Virus record (IMG/VR): IMGVR_UViG_3300045988_073020
DNA: 42,190 bases
Origin: a virus
Reading direction: 5' to 3' (one strand)
Below, one piece after another: positions 40,165 through 42,190 of this stretch. The notes below the pieces were generated by a model. It searched no databases. It saw nothing but the letters and a program-made list of their open reading frames with translations, and had not been told where the DNA came from. The translations under genes were made by a program, and so were the position numbers. The first letter of the stretch is position 1, and each line of letters begins with the position of its first letter.

Positions 40165-40343
40165 ATGTTTGACGAAAAGCATGGGATAGAAACGAATGGA
40201 TTGAAAGTAAAGTAGTTGAAGAACATTTTAACATGACTTTTGGTGAATGCATGGAAGAGTTTGGTTTTAATCGTGAGGTTGAATGGAATAAACCTCCTTT
40301 GAATGGCCAGAAGATAACTACGTACTTTAGAAAGCATAAATAA
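40165..40343 (+). pseudogene. Frameshifted small ORF (ATG/SD in one frame, protein-like continuation in the -1 frame)
   Basis: ATG 40165 follows GGGAG and reads 16 codons to a stop. The frame from 40173 reads RKAWDRNEWIESKVVEEHFNMTFGECMEEFGFNREVEWNKPPLNGQKITTYFRKHK. The switch point is an A-run at 40175-40178. Confidence 0.35.
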
Positions 40344-40350
40344 GCTTTAA

Positions 40351-40397
40351 ATTAGTGCGCTAATTGCATTGACATATAGTGCGCTATATGATATAAT
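40351..40397 (+). promoter_or_regulatory. Consensus promoter TTGACA-17-TATAAT with operator site E in the spacer and site D upstream
   Basis: Site D ATTAGTGCGCTAAT 40351-64 (exact rc of site B). TTGACA at 40369-74. Site E TATAGTGCGCTATA at 40375-88. TATAAT at 40392-97. Confidence 0.7.
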
Positions 40398-40457
40398 AAA
40401 AATAGTTAAAGAACATCTTAACTAATCGCCGAGGCAAGCCGGAGGAAGGAGGGTCAT

Positions 40458-40607
40458 ATGAACGTGAACATGTCAGAAGCGGCAAGATTAATTTTAGGAT
40501 TGAGAGACGCCGGGTGGAATGAAAAAGATATAAATGATTTTATCCTTTTTATCGAAACCGGAGAAGAGAAATACAAACCGAAACAAAAAAATAAACCTAC
40601 AGAATAG
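40458..40607 (+). CDS. Hypothetical 49-aa protein
   Basis: Hand-translated MNVNMSEAARLILGLRDAGWNEKDINDFILFIETGEEKYKPKQKNKPTE. SD GGAGGG 4 nt upstream. Confidence 0.5.
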   Translation: MNVNMSEAARLILGLRDAGWNEKDINDFILFIETGEEKYKPKQKNKPTE

Positions 40608-40718
40608 GCTTAAGAGAAAAGACAAGGGAGGGCGGGCTTGCCACCGCTCCCCCATCTATCAATAGAATAACATGAAAATTATATTTTGACAAGGCTCTTA
40701 AAGAGCCAAATTTAAACT

Positions 40719-40746
40719 TTGCAATGCTACGATAACGTAGTACAAT
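40719..40746 (+). promoter_or_regulatory. Promoter TTGCAA-16-TACAAT with palindrome CTACG-ATAA-CGTAG in the spacer
   Basis: TTGCAA at 40719-24 and TACAAT at 40741-46. A 15-nt perfect palindrome GGCTCTTAAAGAGCC lies upstream at about 40693-40707. Confidence 0.55.
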
Positions 40747-40767
40747 AATACAATAAGGAGAAATACC

Positions 40768-41040
40768 ATGATAAAATTAGTAGGAGAAGGACACGTATTG
40801 ATTAAGGAATTCCAGACAGAGGAAGAAGGTCTGGACTACATGCGGAAAAACAAAGATGACCTAATGTGGTATTACAGCTATTATGAATTAGTAGTTCCAG
40901 GTGAGAAAACAATATGGGCTGTTTCTGATACCCTCATCAGCGATGCAGAGTTTAGGAAGCAAGTAGATGCAAAAATAGCAGAAAAACGTGACAATAACAC
41001 CCTGCCGGAAGAAGGATGGGGAGATGAGGAGGAAATATAA
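40768..41040 (+). CDS. Hypothetical protein
   Basis: 90-aa ORF. SD AAGGAG. Confidence 0.65.
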   Translation: MIKLVGEGHVLIKEFQTEEEGLDYMRKNKDDLMWYYSYYELVVPGEKTIWAVSDTLISDAEFRKQVDAKIAEKRDNNTLPEEGWGDEEEI

Positions 41041-41453
41041 TGTATACAGATATGTTTGCAGACAGCTACAAACAGGCTTCCTATGACATAGGAAGCAATG
41101 GATACAAGATTCTAAAGACGCCAAAGTGGCAAGGGATCATTAAGGCCACGGCCATCATGCAGTACAATAACGGCCTTGTCAGGATGCGCTGGCTTGATGC
41201 TGAGGGGAAGATTGTTGCCGAGCACAGAGGTCTGCCAGAATATGACTATTACCCAATATTAGGTGAGGAACTTCACGAAGAAAAAGAGGCTGAGTATGTA
41301 AGTCTGGCAGAATATGCACATATGCAAAAAGTATCTCCTGATACTGTACGCCAGAAAATATTGAGGGGAAATCTCCCTGCTAAGAAACTAGGCCGTAACT
41401 GGTGTATTCGCAAAAACACACCTTATACTGATAATCGACGAAAGAATGTATGA
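41040..41453 (+). CDS. Protein with a C-terminal HTH_17 (excisionase/MerR-like) DNA-binding domain
   Basis: VSLAEYAHMQKVSPDTVRQKILRGNLPAKKLGRNWCI. TAATG-coupled start after GAGGAGG. Confidence 0.65.
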   Translation: MYTDMFADSYKQASYDIGSNGYKILKTPKWQGIIKATAIMQYNNGLVRMRWLDAEGKIVAEHRGLPEYDYYPILGEELHEEKEAEYVSLAEYAHMQKVSPDTVRQKILRGNLPAKKLGRNWCIRKNTPYTDNRRKNV

Positions 41454-41766
41454 TATGAATTACGCTGAAATCGTTAAAGCATATGAAAGTCTTCAGTCGC
41501 TCAACGAAGTATCTTATAAATTTGGAATCAGCAAGGGGAAAGTTAAAAAGATACTTATTACAGCAGGTGCGTATGAAAATGAGATTTCGAGGCGGGTAAT
41601 GGAATTATATGCGACGGGAAAAAGCACACAGGAAATTGCCAAGGAGTTAAAAATAAGCAAGTCGTGCGTTAACATGTGCCTGCCATACACAAAAGGGGCT
41701 TATAGATCAGACACTCCAACAATCAATGCCATGAGGATACGCAAGTATCGGGAAGAAAATAGTTAG
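41446..41766 (+). CDS. Double-HTH DNA-binding protein (sigma region-4/resolvase-HTH-like)
   Basis: SLNEVSYKFGISKGKVKKIL and GKSTQEIAKELKISKSCVNMCL form two HTH units. Confidence 0.6.
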   Translation: MYDMNYAEIVKAYESLQSLNEVSYKFGISKGKVKKILITAGAYENEISRRVMELYATGKSTQEIAKELKISKSCVNMCLPYTKGAYRSDTPTINAMRIRKYREENS

Positions 41767-41790
41767 GCGGCTCGTTATGAGCCGCCTTTT
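41766..41790 (+). terminator. Rho-independent terminator
   Basis: GGCGGCTC-GTTAT-GAGCCGCC followed by TTTT, overlapping the stop codon. Confidence 0.8.
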
Positions 41791-41913
41791 CCTATGAACG
41801 CTTGTAAATATAATATGACTTATTTCAATCCACGTGGTTTCCCACGACCTTATGTATATAGTATAGTTCACGGAGCCGTTTCTGTCAATAGGCGGCTACC
41901 ACAGGCCGCTTCA

Positions 41914-42066
41914 TTATTTTACCATCACCCACACAATCCCCACGCCGATCAGCACCGCAACAATTGCCCCCAGCACCCGGATCGCCATCAGCTCATAGTG
42001 GATTCTCGGTATGATTCCACGCTCTCTCATCTTTGCCAGTATTTGCTCAAATTCTTCCATTTCCAT
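41914..42066 (-). CDS. Small 50-aa membrane protein
   Basis: Hand-translated MEMEEFEQILAKMRERGIIPRIHYELMAIRVLGAIVAVLIGVGIVWVMVK. SD AAGGGGTG. Divergent from the RHH gene across the circular junction. Confidence 0.55.
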   Translation of the reverse strand: MEMEEFEQILAKMRERGIIPRIHYELMAIRVLGAIVAVLIGVGIVWVMVK

Positions 42067-42135
42067 ATCACCCCTTAAGAATAATATCTTCGCCTTTATG
42101 TAATACTACTTTATCATACTTTATCCTACTTAACA

Positions 42136-42190
42136 ATATTATGTCGTACATAATGCTATATTGTAGGATACGGAGGGTAAAATCATGAAA
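42136..42190. repeat. Terminal direct repeat, copy 2 (identical to 1-55)
   Basis: Base-by-base comparison of both window ends gives a 55/55 match. Confidence 0.98.

Larger units (their letters stand above)
1..42190. mobile_element. Complete temperate siphovirus-like phage genome, circularly closed (unique length 42135 bp)
   Basis: Full set of lysis, tail, head, packaging, replication/recombination and lysogeny modules. No host-like flanking genes. The first 55 nt equal the last 55 nt. Confidence 0.9.

Noticed and set aside
41794-42078. 94-aa plus-strand ORF after the terminator at 41766-41790
   Set aside because: It starts just after a strong terminator and has no SD. Its composition is His/Pro/Arg-rich. 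The opposite strand encodes a much more convincing SD-preceded 50-aa membrane protein.

Overview
The window is a complete, circularly closed temperate siphovirus-type phage genome. Its unique length is 42135 bp, because nt 1-55 are identical to nt 42136-42190. The SD sequences, protein families and a NlpC/P60 endolysin with cell-wall-binding repeats point to a Firmicutes/Clostridia-like host.

Gene order on the minus strand, read in the direction of transcription:
- Cro-like switch at about 35270.
- Early genes: Xis-like HTH, antirepressor, SMC-like ATPase, RecT, PDDEXK exonuclease, HNH-like protein, RusA, replisome organizer with an internal iteron origin, and a G39P-like loader.
- A block of small Cys-rich proteins and a LexA DNA-binding-domain-only protein.
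- Methyltransferase, PAPS-reductase-like protein and a clamp-like protein.
- A putative late regulator, then a roughly 450-nt structured non-coding leader.
- TerS, TerL, portal, minor capsid protein, Prp-like protease, scaffold and major capsid protein.
- Connectors, major tail protein, chaperones, tape measure, Dit and Tal.
- Two morons (a secreted protein and a Rha regulator), tail fibres, holin and endolysin.

The plus strand carries the lysogeny module: XRE repressor, ImmA-like protein, two cargo genes and a tyrosine integrase, followed by attP arm repeats. After that comes a roughly 3-kb accessory island with its own consensus promoters and operator family.

Most interesting observations:
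1. A 636-bp segment bounded by an in-frame 15-bp inverted repeat would swap the tail-fibre C-terminus. No invertase gene is present.
2. A long structured leader or ncRNA with a tRNA-like T arm ends in an intrinsic terminator just upstream of terS.
3. A phage-encoded Prp protease co-occurs with its L27-type cleavage motif on the capsid, the scaffold and, unexpectedly, the tape measure.
4. The accessory island has one palindrome family embedded in promoter spacers.
5. Two uncharacterised cargo genes (an unknown 217-aa protein and a Uma2 nuclease) sit between the repressor and the integrase.

All functional calls come from reading motifs in the translations. No database search was run.
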